64,000 nucleotides of DNA, taken from the NCBI RefSeq assembly GCF_030384885.1, contig NZ_CP128613.1; one strand, written 5' to 3'. This document shows, piece by piece, positions 13,440 through 25,204 of the stretch. Source of the stretch: Escherichia coli (GTDB lineage Bacteria > Pseudomonadota > Gammaproteobacteria > Enterobacterales > Enterobacteriaceae). A program made the translations under genes and the position numbers. Within the stretch, counting starts at the first letter, position 1. Every line of letters starts with the position of its first letter. The notes beneath the pieces are model-generated. The model did not search any database, was not told the DNA's origin, and worked only from the letters and a program-made list of their open reading frames with translations.

Positions 13440-16166
13440 ATGGCTACAATTCATGTAGACGGCAAAGAATACGAGGTTAACGGAGCGGACAACCTGCTGG
13501 AAGCTTGTCTGTCTTTGGGCCTTGATATTCCTTACTTTTGCTGGCATCCGGCGCTGGGAAGCGTCGGTGCTTGCCGCCAGTGTGCGGTGAAGCAATACCA
13601 AAACGCGGAAGACACGCGTGGTCGCCTGGTTATGTCCTGTATGACACCGGCTTCCGATGGCACCTTTATTTCCATTGACGACGAAGAAGCGAAACAGTTC
13701 CGTGAAAGCGTGGTCGAGTGGTTGATGACCAACCACCCGCACGATTGTCCGGTATGTGAAGAGGGCGGTAACTGCCATCTTCAGGATATGACCGTGATGA
13801 CCGGACACAGCTTCCGTCGCTACCGTTTCACCAAACGTACCCACCGCAATCAGGATCTGGGGCCGTTCATCTCTCACGAAATGAACCGCTGCATCGCCTG
13901 CTACCGCTGCGTGCGTTACTACAAAGATTACGCTGACGGTACAGATCTGGGCGTTTACGGTGCACATGACAACGTCTACTTCGGTCGCCCGGAAGACGGC
14001 ACCCTTGAAAGCGAATTCTCCGGTAACCTGGTCGAAATTTGCCCGACCGGCGTATTCACCGACAAAACGCACTCCGAGCGTTATAACCGTAAATGGGATA
14101 TGCAGTTTGCGCCGAGCATCTGCCAGCAATGTTCCATCGGCTGTAACATCAGCCCTGGCGAGCGTTATGGCGAACTGCGTCGTATCGAAAACCGTTACAA
14201 CGGTACGGTAAACCACTACTTCCTCTGCGACCGTGGTCGTTTCGGTTATGGCTACGTCAACCTGAAAGACCGTCCGCGTCAGCCAGTACAGCGTCGTGGC
14301 GATGATTTCATTACCCTCAACGCCGAACAGGCAATGCAGGGCGCAGCAGATATTCTGCGTCAGTCGAAGAAAGTCATCGGCATCGGTTCTCCGCGTGCCA
14401 GCGTGGAAAGCAACTTTGCGCTACGTGAGCTGGTGGGTGAAGAAAACTTCTACACCGGTATCGCTCACGGTGAGCAGGAACGTCTGCAACTGGCGCTGAA
14501 AGTACTGCGTGAAGGCGGCATTTATACTCCGGCTCTGCGCGAAATCGAATCTTACGATGCGGTACTGGTGCTGGGCGAAGACGTTACCCAGACCGGCGCG
14601 CGCGTCGCGCTGGCAGTGCGTCAGGCGGTGAAAGGTAAAGCGCGCGAAATGGCAGCAGCACAGAAAGTGGCTGACTGGCAGATTGCGGCAATCCTCAACA
14701 TCGGTCAACGTGCGAAGCATCCGCTGTTTGTTACCAACGTTGATGATACCCGTCTGGATGATATCGCGGCGTGGACTTACCGCGCACCGGTTGAAGATCA
14801 GGCGCGTTTAGGTTTTGCCATCGCCCATGCGCTGGATAACTCTGCACCAGCGGTTGACGGTATCGAGCCTGAACTGCAAAGCAAAATCGACGTCATCGTG
14901 CAGGCACTGGCTGGTGCGAAGAAACCGTTAATTATCTCCGGGACGAACGCTGGTAGCGCTGAAGTGATTCAGGCTGCGGCTAACGTCGCGAAAGCCCTGA
15001 AAGGTCGCGGCGCTGACGTCGGTATCACCATGATTGCCCGCTCTGTCAACAGCATGGGGTTGGGCATTATGGGCGGCGGTTCGCTTGAAGAAGCGTTGAC
15101 CGAACTGGAAACAGGACGCGCCGACGCGGTGGTGGTGCTGGAGAACGATCTGCATCGTCACGCTTCCGCTACCCGCGTGAATGCTGCGCTGGCGAAAGCG
15201 CCGCTGGTGATGGTGGTTGACCATCAACGTACGGCGATCATGGAAAACGCCCATCTGGTGCTTTCCGCCGCCAGCTTTGCTGAAAGCGACGGTACGGTGA
15301 TCAACAACGAAGGCCGCGCCCAACGTTTCTTCCAGGTTTACGATCCGGCTTATTACGACAGCAAAACTGTGATGCTGGAAAGCTGGCGCTGGCTGCACTC
15401 GCTGCACAGCACCCTGCTGAGCCGTGAAGTGGACTGGACGCAGCTCGACCATGTGATTGACGCTGTTGTGGCGAAAATCCCGGAACTGGCAGGTATCAAA
15501 GATGCTGCGCCGGATGCGACATTCCGTATTCGTGGGCAGAAACTGGCCCGTGAGCCGCACCGTTACAGTGGTCGTACCGCCATGCGCGCCAACATCAGCG
15601 TTCATGAGCCGCGTCAGCCTCAGGATATTGACACCATGTTCACCTTCTCGATGGAGGGTAACAACCAGCCGACCGCGCACCGTTCGCAAGTGCCGTTTGC
15701 CTGGGCGCCGGGCTGGAACTCCCCGCAGGCGTGGAACAAATTCCAGGACGAAGTGGGCGGTAAACTGCGCTTTGGCGATCCGGGCGTGCGTCTGTTTGAA
15801 ACCAGCGAAAACGGTCTGGATTACTTCACCAGCGTACCGGCACGCTTCCAGCCGCAGGAAGGGAAATGGCGTATCGCGCCGTACTACCACCTGTTTGGCA
15901 GCGATGAATTGTCACAGCGTGCTCCGGTCTTCCAGAGCCGTATGCCGCAACCGTACATCAAACTCAACCCAGCGGATGCCGCGAAGTTGGGAGTGAACGC
16001 GGGTACACGCGTCTCCTTTAGTTACGATGGCAACACGGTCACGCTGCCGGTTGAAATCGCCGAAGGACTGACGGCAGGGCAGGTGGGCTTGCCGATGGGC
16101 ATGTCCGGTATTGCTCCGGTGCTGGCTGGCGCGCATCTTGAGGATCTCAAGGAGGCACAACAATGA
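13440..16166 (+). CDS. nuoG: NADH-quinone oxidoreductase subunit G
   Basis: About 908 aa from [11 protein letters not shown] (ORF track starts at 13434); N-terminal Fe-S cysteine clusters. Confidence 0.95.
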   Translation: MATIHVDGKEYEVNGADNLLEACLSLGLDIPYFCWHPALGSVGACRQCAVKQYQNAEDTRGRLVMSCMTPASDGTFISIDDEEAKQFRESVVEWLMTNHPHDCPVCEEGGNCHLQDMTVMTGHSFRRYRFTKRTHRNQDLGPFISHEMNRCIACYRCVRYYKDYADGTDLGVYGAHDNVYFGRPEDGTLESEFSGNLVEICPTGVFTDKTHSERYNRKWDMQFAPSICQQCSIGCNISPGERYGELRRIENRYNGTVNHYFLCDRGRFGYGYVNLKDRPRQPVQRRGDDFITLNAEQAMQGAADILRQSKKVIGIGSPRASVESNFALRELVGEENFYTGIAHGEQERLQLALKVLREGGIYTPALREIESYDAVLVLGEDVTQTGARVALAVRQAVKGKAREMAAAQKVADWQIAAILNIGQRAKHPLFVTNVDDTRLDDIAAWTYRAPVEDQARLGFAIAHALDNSAPAVDGIEPELQSKIDVIVQALAGAKKPLIISGTNAGSAEVIQAAANVAKALKGRGADVGITMIARSVNSMGLGIMGGGSLEEALTELETGRADAVVVLENDLHRHASATRVNAALAKAPLVMVVDHQRTAIMENAHLVLSAASFAESDGTVINNEGRAQRFFQVYDPAYYDSKTVMLESWRWLHSLHSTLLSREVDWTQLDHVIDAVVAKIPELAGIKDAAPDATFRIRGQKLAREPHRYSGRTAMRANISVHEPRQPQDIDTMFTFSMEGNNQPTAHRSQVPFAWAPGWNSPQAWNKFQDEVGGKLRFGDPGVRLFETSENGLDYFTSVPARFQPQEGKWRIAPYYHLFGSDELSQRAPVFQSRMPQPYIKLNPADAAKLGVNAGTRVSFSYDGNTVTLPVEIAEGLTAGQVGLPMGMSGIAPVLAGAHLEDLKEAQQ

Positions 16167-17140
16167 GTTGGATATCACCGGAACTGATTGAGATCCTGCT
16201 GACCATCCTCAAAGCGGTGGTGATCCTGCTGGTGGTTGTCACCTGCGGGGCATTCATGAGCTTTGGCGAACGTCGCCTGCTGGGTCTGTTCCAGAACCGT
16301 TACGGACCTAACCGTGTTGGCTGGGGCGGTTCGCTCCAGCTGGTCGCGGACATGATCAAAATGTTCTTTAAAGAAGACTGGATCCCGAAATTCTCGGATC
16401 GCGTCATCTTTACCCTGGCACCGATGATTGCCTTTACCTCGCTGCTGCTGGCCTTTGCGATTGTGCCAGTCAGTCCGGGTTGGGTAGTTGCCGACCTGAA
16501 CATCGGGATTTTGTTCTTCCTGATGATGGCAGGTCTGGCGGTTTACGCGGTGCTGTTTGCGGGCTGGTCAAGTAACAACAAATACTCGCTGCTGGGTGCG
16601 ATGCGTGCTTCTGCGCAGACCCTGAGCTACGAAGTGTTCCTCGGGCTTTCCCTGATGGGCGTGGTGGCGCAGGCCGGTTCATTCAACATGACCGACATCG
16701 TTAACAGCCAGGCGCACGTGTGGAACGTCATCCCGCAATTCTTTGGTTTTATTACCTTTGCCATCGCGGGCGTGGCGGTGTGTCACCGTCACCCGTTTGA
16801 CCAGCCGGAAGCCGAGCAGGAACTGGCGGATGGTTACCACATTGAATATTCCGGCATGAAGTTCGGTCTGTTCTTCGTGGGCGAATACATCGGGATTGTG
16901 ACCATCTCCGCATTGATGGTGACGCTGTTCTTCGGTGGCTGGCAAGGCCCGTTCTTACCGCCATTCATCTGGTTCGCGCTGAAAACCGCGTTCTTTATGA
17001 TGATGTTCATTTTGATTCGTGCGTCGTTACCGCGTCCGCGTTATGACCAGGTAATGTCCTTCGGCTGGAAAATCTGCCTGCCGCTGACGCTGATCAACTT
17101 GCTGGTAACGGCGGCTGTCATTCTCTGGCAGGCGCAATAA
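16163..17140 (+). CDS. nuoH: NADH-quinone oxidoreductase subunit H (membrane)
   Basis: 325-aa polytopic membrane protein; 4-nt overlap with nuoG. Confidence 0.95.
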
Positions 17141-17154
17141 GGGGCACTAAGACC

Positions 17155-17697
17155 ATGACCTTAAAAGAATTGTTAGTAGGTTTCGGCACCCAGGTTCGTA
17201 GTATCTGGATGATCGGCCTGCACGCGTTCGCCAAACGCGAAACGCGAATGTACCCGGAAGAGCCGGTCTATCTGCCGCCCCGTTATCGTGGTCGCATCGT
17301 TCTGACCCGCGACCCGGACGGCGAAGAGCGTTGCGTAGCCTGTAACCTCTGCGCGGTCGCCTGCCCGGTCGGCTGTATCTCGCTGCAAAAAGCAGAAACC
17401 AAAGACGGTCGCTGGTATCCGGAATTTTTCCGCATCAACTTCTCACGCTGCATTTTCTGTGGTCTGTGCGAAGAAGCCTGTCCGACGACGGCGATTCAGT
17501 TAACCCCGGATTTCGAAATGGGGGAATACAAGCGCCAGGATCTGGTTTATGAGAAAGAGGATCTGCTGATCTCCGGTCCGGGCAAATACCCGGAATATAA
17601 CTTCTACCGGATGGCAGGTATGGCAATCGACGGCAAAGATAAGGGCGAAGCAGAGAACGAAGCCAAGCCTATCGACGTCAAGAGCCTGTTACCGTAA
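17155..17697 (+). CDS. nuoI: NADH-quinone oxidoreductase subunit I (2x 4Fe-4S ferredoxin)
   Basis: 180 aa; two CxxCxxCxxxCP motifs ([12 protein letters not shown] and [12 protein letters not shown]). Confidence 0.95.
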
Positions 17698-17708
17698 GGA
17701 GAGGGGCA

Positions 17709-18263
17709 ATGGAGTTCGCTTTTTATATCTGTGGCCTGATAGCCATACTTGCGACCTTGCGAGTGATCACCCATACCAATCCGGTACATGCATTGCTGTA
17801 CCTGATTATTTCGCTGCTGGCGATTTCCGGGGTGTTCTTCTCACTGGGCGCTTACTTCGCCGGTGCGCTGGAAATTATCGTCTACGCGGGTGCCATTATG
17901 GTGCTGTTCGTGTTCGTGGTGATGATGCTCAACCTGGGCGGTTCGGAAATCGAACAGGAACGCCAGTGGCTGAAACCGCAGGTGTGGATTGGTCCGGCAA
18001 TTTTGTCAGCCATCATGCTGGTGGTGATTGTTTACGCCATTCTCGGTGTTAACGATCAGGGTATCGACGGTACGCCAATCAGTGCTAAAGCAGTGGGTAT
18101 TACGCTGTTCGGGCCTTACGTACTGGCGGTGGAACTGGCTTCTATGCTGCTGCTGGCTGGTCTGGTTGTGGCCTTCCACGTCGGTCGTGAAGAGCGTGCG
18201 GGTGAAGTGCTGAGCAATCGTAAAGACGACAGCGCGAAAAGAAAAACGGAGGAGCACGCATGA
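17709..18263 (+). CDS. nuoJ: NADH-quinone oxidoreductase subunit J
   Basis: 184-aa membrane protein in conserved position. Confidence 0.95.
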
Positions 18264-18562
18264 TCCCCTTACAACATGGACTGATCCTCGCGGCAATCTT
18301 ATTCGTTCTTGGCTTAACCGGTCTGGTTATCCGTCGCAATCTGCTTTTTATGCTGATTGGTCTGGAAATCATGATTAACGCCTCTGCGCTGGCCTTTGTG
18401 GTCGCCGGAAGCTACTGGGGCCAGACCGACGGTCAGGTGATGTACATTCTCGCCATCAGCCTCGCGGCGGCGGAAGCGAGTATCGGCCTTGCGCTGCTGC
18501 TGCAACTTCACCGTCGTCGCCAGAACCTGAACATCGATTCAGTAAGTGAGATGCGCGGATGA
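18260..18562 (+). CDS. nuoK: NADH-quinone oxidoreductase subunit K
   Basis: 100-aa membrane protein; overlaps nuoJ and nuoL by 4 nt. Confidence 0.95.
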
Positions 18563-20400
18563 ACATGCTTGCCTTAACCATTATTTTGCCATTGATTGGC
18601 TTCGTCTTGCTGGCGTTCTCCCGTGGGCGCTGGTCTGAAAACGTCTCAGCGATCGTGGGCGTAGGCTCTGTGGGCCTGGCGGCGCTGGTAACCGCCTTTA
18701 TTGGCGTCGATTTTTTCGCTAACGGCGAGCAGGCATACAGCCAGCCGCTGTGGACGTGGATGTCGGTAGGCGACTTTAATATCGGTTTCAATCTGGTGCT
18801 GGACGGCCTGTCGCTGACCATGCTCTCGGTGGTCACCGGTGTCGGTTTCCTTATTCACATGTACGCCTCCTGGTACATGCGTGGTGAAGAGGGCTACTCT
18901 CGCTTCTTCGCCTACACCAACCTGTTCATCGCCAGCATGGTGGTTCTGGTTCTTGCCGACAACCTGCTGCTGATGTACCTCGGCTGGGAAGGCGTTGGCC
19001 TGTGCTCCTATCTGTTGATCGGTTTCTATTACACCGATCCGAAGAATGGCGCAGCGGCAATGAAAGCGTTTGTCGTGACCCGTGTGGGTGACGTGTTCCT
19101 CGCTTTCGCGCTGTTCATTCTCTACAACGAACTGGGCACCCTGAACTTCCGTGAAATGGTGGAACTGGCACCCGCGCACTTTGCTGACGGCAATAACATG
19201 CTGATGTGGGCGACGCTGATGCTGCTGGGCGGTGCGGTTGGTAAATCTGCGCAGCTACCGTTGCAGACATGGCTTGCCGACGCGATGGCGGGCCCGACGC
19301 CTGTCTCCGCGCTGATCCACGCCGCAACGATGGTAACCGCGGGTGTCTACCTGATCGCCCGTACCCACGGCCTGTTCCTGATGACGCCAGAAGTTCTGCA
19401 TCTGGTGGGTATTGTCGGGGCAGTGACGTTGCTGCTGGCCGGTTTTGCCGCGCTGGTACAGACCGACATCAAACGTGTTCTCGCTTACTCCACCATGAGC
19501 CAGATTGGCTACATGTTCCTTGCGCTTGGCGTACAGGCATGGGATGCGGCGATTTTCCACTTGATGACCCACGCGTTCTTTAAAGCGCTGCTGTTCCTGG
19601 CATCCGGTTCCGTCATTCTGGCCTGCCATCACGAACAGAACATCTTCAAGATGGGCGGTCTGCGTAAATCTATTCCGCTGGTTTATCTCTGCTTCCTGGT
19701 GGGTGGTGCAGCACTGTCGGCACTTCCGCTGGTTACTGCGGGCTTCTTCAGTAAGGATGAGATCCTCGCCGGTGCGATGGCGAATGGTCATATCAATCTG
19801 ATGGTGGCAGGTCTGGTCGGTGCGTTTATGACCTCGCTCTACACCTTCCGTATGATTTTCATCGTCTTCCATGGGAAAGAACAAATTCACGCTCACGCCG
19901 TGAAAGGGATTACTCACAGCCTGCCGCTGATTGTGTTGCTGATCCTTTCCACCTTCGTTGGCGCACTGATTGTACCGCCGCTGCAGGGCGTGCTTCCGCA
20001 AACTACGGAACTGGCGCACGGCAGCATGTTGACCCTGGAAATTACCTCAGGCGTGGTCGCGGTGGTCGGCATTCTGCTGGCAGCCTGGCTGTGGCTGGGT
20101 AAACGTACTCTGGTGACCTCCATCGCCAACAGTGCGCCGGGCCGTCTGCTGGGTACCTGGTGGTACAACGCCTGGGGCTTTGACTGGCTGTACGACAAAG
20201 TGTTCGTTAAGCCATTCCTGGGTATTGCCTGGTTACTGAAACGCGATCCGCTGAACTCAATGATGAACATCCCGGCTGTCCTTTCCCGCTTTGCAGGTAA
20301 AGGTCTGCTGTTAAGCGAGAACGGTTATCTGCGCTGGTATGTGGCATCCATGAGCATCGGTGCGGTCGTGGTGCTGGCACTGTTGATGGTACTGCGTTGA
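18559..20400 (+). CDS. nuoL: NADH-quinone oxidoreductase subunit L (antiporter-like)
   Basis: 613-aa polytopic membrane protein. Confidence 0.95.
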
Positions 20401-20630
20401 GTTGTTGGCTGAGTGAATATACCCGGCGTTGCGCCGGGTCTGTGAACTAAGAATAAATTTTAGGTAACTGTTCCTGAAGTACAGGCGTCATCGGCGAAGT
20501 CAGACCGGATACCGCCAGCGCACAGCAACCGGAGCGTACTTAAGTACGTGAGGATTGCGAGCACTGCCGGGATTCGGGCTGGCAAGTGAGATAGCCTGAG
20601 CAGGAGTAAATATAAGGGACATACTTAGCT

Positions 20631-22160
20631 ATGTTATTACCCTGGTTAATACTAATCCCCTTTATCGGCGGCTTCTTGTGCTGGCAGACCGAACGCTTTG
20701 GCGTCAAGGTGCCACGCTGGATCGCGCTGATCACCATGGGATTGACGCTGGCGCTGTCGCTGCAACTGTGGTTGCAGGGCGGTTATTCACTGACGCAATC
20801 TGCCGGAATTCCGCAGTGGCAGTCTGAATTCGACATGCCGTGGATCCCGCGTTTTGGTATCTCTATTCATCTCGCCATTGATGGTCTGTCGCTGCTGATG
20901 GTCGTTCTGACCGGTCTGCTCGGCGTGCTGGCGGTACTTTGTTCGTGGAAAGAGATCGAAAAATATCAGGGCTTCTTCCACCTCAACCTGATGTGGATCC
21001 TGGGCGGCGTTATCGGCGTGTTCCTTGCCATCGACATGTTCCTGTTCTTCTTCTTCTGGGAAATGATGCTGGTGCCGATGTACTTCCTGATCGCACTGTG
21101 GGGGCATAAAGCTTCTGACGGTAAAACGCGTATCACGGCGGCAACCAAGTTCTTCATTTACACCCAGGCGAGTGGTCTGGTGATGTTGATTGCTATCCTG
21201 GCGCTGGTTTTTGTTCACTACAATGCGACCGGCGTCTGGACCTTCAATTATGAAGAGCTGCTGAATACGCCGATGTCTAACGGCGTGGAATACCTGCTGA
21301 TGCTGGGCTTCTTCATCGCCTTCGCAGTGAAAATGCCGGTGGTTCCGCTGCATGGCTGGCTGCCGGATGCGCACTCTCAGGCACCGACTGCCGGTTCCGT
21401 TGACCTCGCGGGGATCTTGCTGAAAACCGCCGCTTACGGTTTGCTGCGTTTCTCTCTGCCACTGTTTCCGAACGCGTCGGCAGAGTTCGCGCCAATCGCC
21501 ATGTGGTTGGGTGTTATCGGCATCTTCTACGGTGCGTGGATGGCCTTCGCCCAGACCGATATCAAACGTCTGATCGCCTACACCTCGGTTTCCCACATGG
21601 GCTTCGTGCTGATTGCTATCTACACCGGCAGCCAGTTGGCCTACCAGGGCGCGGTCATTCAGATGATTGCTCACGGCTTGTCGGCGGCGGGTCTGTTTAT
21701 TCTCTGCGGTCAGCTCTATGAGCGTATCCACACCCGCGATATGCGCATGATGGGCGGTCTGTGGAGCAAGATGAAATGGCTGCCAGCACTGTCACTGTTC
21801 TTTGCGGTGGCAACGCTTGGGATGCCGGGCACCGGTAACTTCGTCGGCGAATTTATGATTCTGTTCGGCAGCTTCCAGGTTGTCCCGGTGATTACCGTTA
21901 TCTCTACCTTTGGGCTGGTCTTTGCATCTGTTTATTCGCTGGCGATGCTTCATCGCGCTTACTTCGGTAAAGCGAAAAGCCAGATTGCCAGCCAGGAACT
22001 GCCAGGGATGTCGCTGCGTGAGCTGTTTATGATCCTGTTGCTGGTGGTGCTGCTGGTACTGCTGGGCTTCTATCCGCAGCCGATTCTGGATACCTCGCAC
22101 TCCGCGATTGGCAATATCCAGCAGTGGTTTGTTAATTCCGTTACTACTACAAGGCCGTAA
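20631..22160 (+). CDS. nuoM: NADH-quinone oxidoreductase subunit M (antiporter-like)
   Basis: 509-aa polytopic membrane protein. Confidence 0.95.
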   Translation: MLLPWLILIPFIGGFLCWQTERFGVKVPRWIALITMGLTLALSLQLWLQGGYSLTQSAGIPQWQSEFDMPWIPRFGISIHLAIDGLSLLMVVLTGLLGVLAVLCSWKEIEKYQGFFHLNLMWILGGVIGVFLAIDMFLFFFFWEMMLVPMYFLIALWGHKASDGKTRITAATKFFIYTQASGLVMLIAILALVFVHYNATGVWTFNYEELLNTPMSNGVEYLLMLGFFIAFAVKMPVVPLHGWLPDAHSQAPTAGSVDLAGILLKTAAYGLLRFSLPLFPNASAEFAPIAMWLGVIGIFYGAWMAFAQTDIKRLIAYTSVSHMGFVLIAIYTGSQLAYQGAVIQMIAHGLSAAGLFILCGQLYERIHTRDMRMMGGLWSKMKWLPALSLFFAVATLGMPGTGNFVGEFMILFGSFQVVPVITVISTFGLVFASVYSLAMLHRAYFGKAKSQIASQELPGMSLRELFMILLLVVLLVLLGFYPQPILDTSHSAIGNIQQWFVNSVTTTRP

Positions 22161-22166
22161 ATCGCC

Positions 22167-23624
22167 ATGACAATAACTCCACAAAACCTGATCGCACTGC
22201 TACCGTTGCTGATCGTCGGCTTGACGGTGGTGGTTGTGATGCTCTCCATTGCGTGGCGACGCAATCATTTCCTCAACGCTACGCTCTCGGTTATTGGGCT
22301 TAACGCGGCGCTGGTTTCGCTCTGGTTTGTCGGCCAGGCGGGCGCTATGGACGTTACGCCGCTGATGCGCGTTGATGGTTTCGCCATGCTTTACACTGGG
22401 CTTGTATTGTTGGCGAGCCTCGCCACCTGTACTTTCGCCTACCCGTGGCTTGAAGGCTATAACGACAACAAGGATGAGTTCTACCTGTTGGTGTTAATTG
22501 CCGCGCTGGGCGGGATCCTGCTGGCGAATGCCAATCACCTGGCGTCTCTGTTCCTCGGTATTGAACTGATCTCTCTGCCGCTGTTTGGCCTGGTCGGTTA
22601 CGCTTTCCGCCAGAAACGTTCGCTGGAAGCCAGTATCAAATACACCATCCTTTCTGCTGCAGCATCTTCTTTCCTGCTGTTTGGTATGGCACTGGTGTAC
22701 GCGCAGTCTGGCGACCTGTCATTTGTTGCACTGGGTAAAAACCTCGGCGACGGCATGCTCAACGAGCCGCTGTTACTGGCAGGTTTTGGCCTGATGATTG
22801 TCGGCCTCGGCTTCAAGCTCTCTCTGGTGCCGTTCCACCTGTGGACGCCAGACGTATACCAGGGCGCGCCTGCGCCAGTTTCTACCTTCCTGGCGACGGC
22901 GAGCAAAATCGCTATCTTCGGCGTGGTGATGCGTCTGTTCCTTTACGCACCAGTGGGTGACAGCGAAGCGATTCGCGTGGTGCTGGCGATTATCGCCTTT
23001 GCCTCTATCATCTTCGGTAACCTGATGGCACTGAGCCAGACCAACATTAAACGTCTGCTCGGCTACTCGTCTATCTCTCACCTCGGCTATCTGCTGGTGG
23101 CGCTGATTGCGCTGCAAACCGGCGAGATGTCGATGGAAGCGGTAGGGGTTTACCTGGCCGGTTATCTGTTCAGCAGCCTCGGCGCATTTGGCGTAGTCAG
23201 CCTGATGTCCAGCCCGTACCGTGGCCCGGATGCTGATTCCCTGTTCTCTTACCGCGGTCTGTTCTGGCATCGTCCGATCCTCGCGGCAGTGATGACGGTG
23301 ATGATGCTGTCTCTGGCGGGTATCCCAATGACGCTGGGCTTTATCGGTAAGTTCTACGTGCTGGCGGTCGGTGTCCAGGCACACTTGTGGTGGCTGGTGG
23401 GTGCCGTGGTTGTCGGTTCGGCAATTGGCCTCTACTACTACCTGCGCGTAGCGGTGAGCTTATACCTGCACGCCCCAGAGCAACCGGGTCGCGACGCACC
23501 GTCAAACTGGCAGTACAGCGCGGGTGGTATCGTGGTGCTGATCTCTGCACTGTTGGTACTGGTGCTGGGTGTATGGCCGCAACCGCTGATTAGCATTGTT
23601 CGGTTAGCAATGCCGCTGATGTAA
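22167..23624 (+). CDS. nuoN: NADH-quinone oxidoreductase subunit N (antiporter-like)
   Basis: 485-aa polytopic membrane protein, last gene of the operon. Confidence 0.95.
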
Positions 23625-23640
23625 GGTTGAGTGTTGATGT

Positions 23641-23671
23641 AAAAAAACCGCCGATTTCGGCGGTTTTTTTA
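23641..23671. terminator. Bidirectional rho-independent terminator after nuoN
   Basis: AAAAAAA-ACCGCCG-ATTT-CGGCGGT-TTTTTTT: stem-loop flanked by an A-run and a T-run. Confidence 0.8.
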
Positions 23672-23766
23672 TGGTGTTAATTGTTGCTAATAAAAAGAAC
23701 ATATAAATCTATATCTGCGTCGAAGTATAATGATTCACTTCCTAATACAATACACAAGGAAAACCA

Positions 23767-24483
23767 ATGGAATGGTTAAGTGAGATTCGCACACTTCGGG
23801 AGAACGTACCTGTCGGTATCCAGGCTGCCAGGCGTTTGTTAGAGAAGACGGGTGGTGATGTTGATGAAGCCATTAAGTTGTTTCATATTGATCAAATCAA
23901 TATATTGACGGCAAAAGCAGACGTCAGTCATCAGGAAGCAGAGACTGTTCTGCTGGAGACAAACTATGATATTGCAGAAGCTCTACGGCGTATTGATGAA
24001 CAGCGCTATACACTGACGGAATTGATTTTGCGTAAAAATAAGGATACCGGAGATGCTTTAAGTAACATAGAATTAGCAATAGCATATGAATGGAATCTGA
24101 CATGCCAATTCTGGTTTGGTTTTAAGGCATTCCAGTCGCTACCTCCACAATTACAAGCCTTTATGCTGGTATGTGAATGGCGTAACTATTGGGGATGGGA
24201 AGGGCTGGATAGTGCGTTATATTATGAGATAGAAAATGTCCCCCAACAATTACAGGTAGTAGGCTTAGATGAAATGGCTGAAGTTATTGTTGTGGCGAGA
24301 AATCGTTATGATGAGTTAAGAGTACAAGGCAAAGACCATAATAACATCATTAAAGATGATAAATTTAAAAAATTTATGAAGCACTGTGAACAACTGGATA
24401 GTGAAGCCGACGCTATATTACTGCAATTTGTAAAGGATAATATTGAGATTTTCCCACGTCGCCACAACGGACACGATTTATAA
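23767..24483 (+). CDS. Hypothetical 238-aa protein (possibly YfbN) with two N-terminal UBA/EF-Ts-N-like helical motifs; low GC
   Basis: 238-aa ORF; length matches my recollection of YfbN but the local gene order does not clearly match what I remember, so no symbol is assigned. Confidence 0.6.
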   Translation: MEWLSEIRTLRENVPVGIQAARRLLEKTGGDVDEAIKLFHIDQINILTAKADVSHQEAETVLLETNYDIAEALRRIDEQRYTLTELILRKNKDTGDALSNIELAIAYEWNLTCQFWFGFKAFQSLPPQLQAFMLVCEWRNYWGWEGLDSALYYEIENVPQQLQVVGLDEMAEVIVVARNRYDELRVQGKDHNNIIKDDKFKKFMKHCEQLDSEADAILLQFVKDNIEIFPRRHNGHDL

Positions 24484-25053
24484 AAAATTATCCCAAAATT
24501 GAACAGGCTTTTTATCTGCCTGATAATTTCCAGGTAATGACAGGTTGAATTCCGTTTTTATCCAGGATGACAGATCGTTGCCAGCACAGATGATATCGCT
24601 GTTATATATTGAATACACGGGATTACCACCAGTATACGAAGATGTAGACATATATCGATGCTTATATAAAAGAATCAAAACTGGGCATTGGTTTGAGATT
24701 TTATCAAAATGATCTTTACGTGAATCTAAATTAAGTAGTTTTTCTCCCCATATATCAAGCCAAAAATTGTTTTTCATAACATCGTATAATATACCATCTA
24801 AAGGAATTTTTAATGTCTGTTTCACCTCGCGTTCCATTTTTCCAGAGTGTAGAGTTTGCCGCCAGTGAATAAAACCTTCAGTCGTTGGCAAAGCATTATG
24901 CAAAAATGCTTTACAATCGAGTGGAAAGCGGAAACTAAAAGTTTGCTCAATGGCAGTAATCTCGGTCTCACTCAAACCTGCATAGAATATAATTCCTTGA
25001 GCTTTTAATTTGTTAACCAGAAATGTGTAGTCCAATGCTTTTTTCAATTTCAT
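24478..25053 (-). CDS. Hypothetical 191-aa protein, SMI1/KNR4 (SUKH-1)-like; low GC
   Basis: 191-aa ORF; N-terminal motif LSETEITAIEQTFSFRFPLDCKAFLHNALP resembles the SUKH/SMI1-KNR4 signature; convergent with the 238-aa gene, 3' ends overlapping by 6 bp. Confidence 0.55.
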   Translation of the reverse strand: MKLKKALDYTFLVNKLKAQGIIFYAGLSETEITAIEQTFSFRFPLDCKAFLHNALPTTEGFIHWRQTLHSGKMEREVKQTLKIPLDGILYDVMKNNFWLDIWGEKLLNLDSRKDHFDKISNQCPVLILLYKHRYMSTSSYTGGNPVYSIYNSDIICAGNDLSSWIKTEFNLSLPGNYQADKKPVQFWDNFL

Positions 25054-25204
25054 TACAATAACCTTAAAGCCTTATACTACAGGTTGAAACGAAGCTAAAT
25101 CATTCGTAAGCTGGATAAAATATTTTTGCATTATATCCAGCTTTTAATACGAATGCTTCATTTAAACTTCCAGACATCCACTTTCCATTGTGCTACCAGC
25201 TGAA

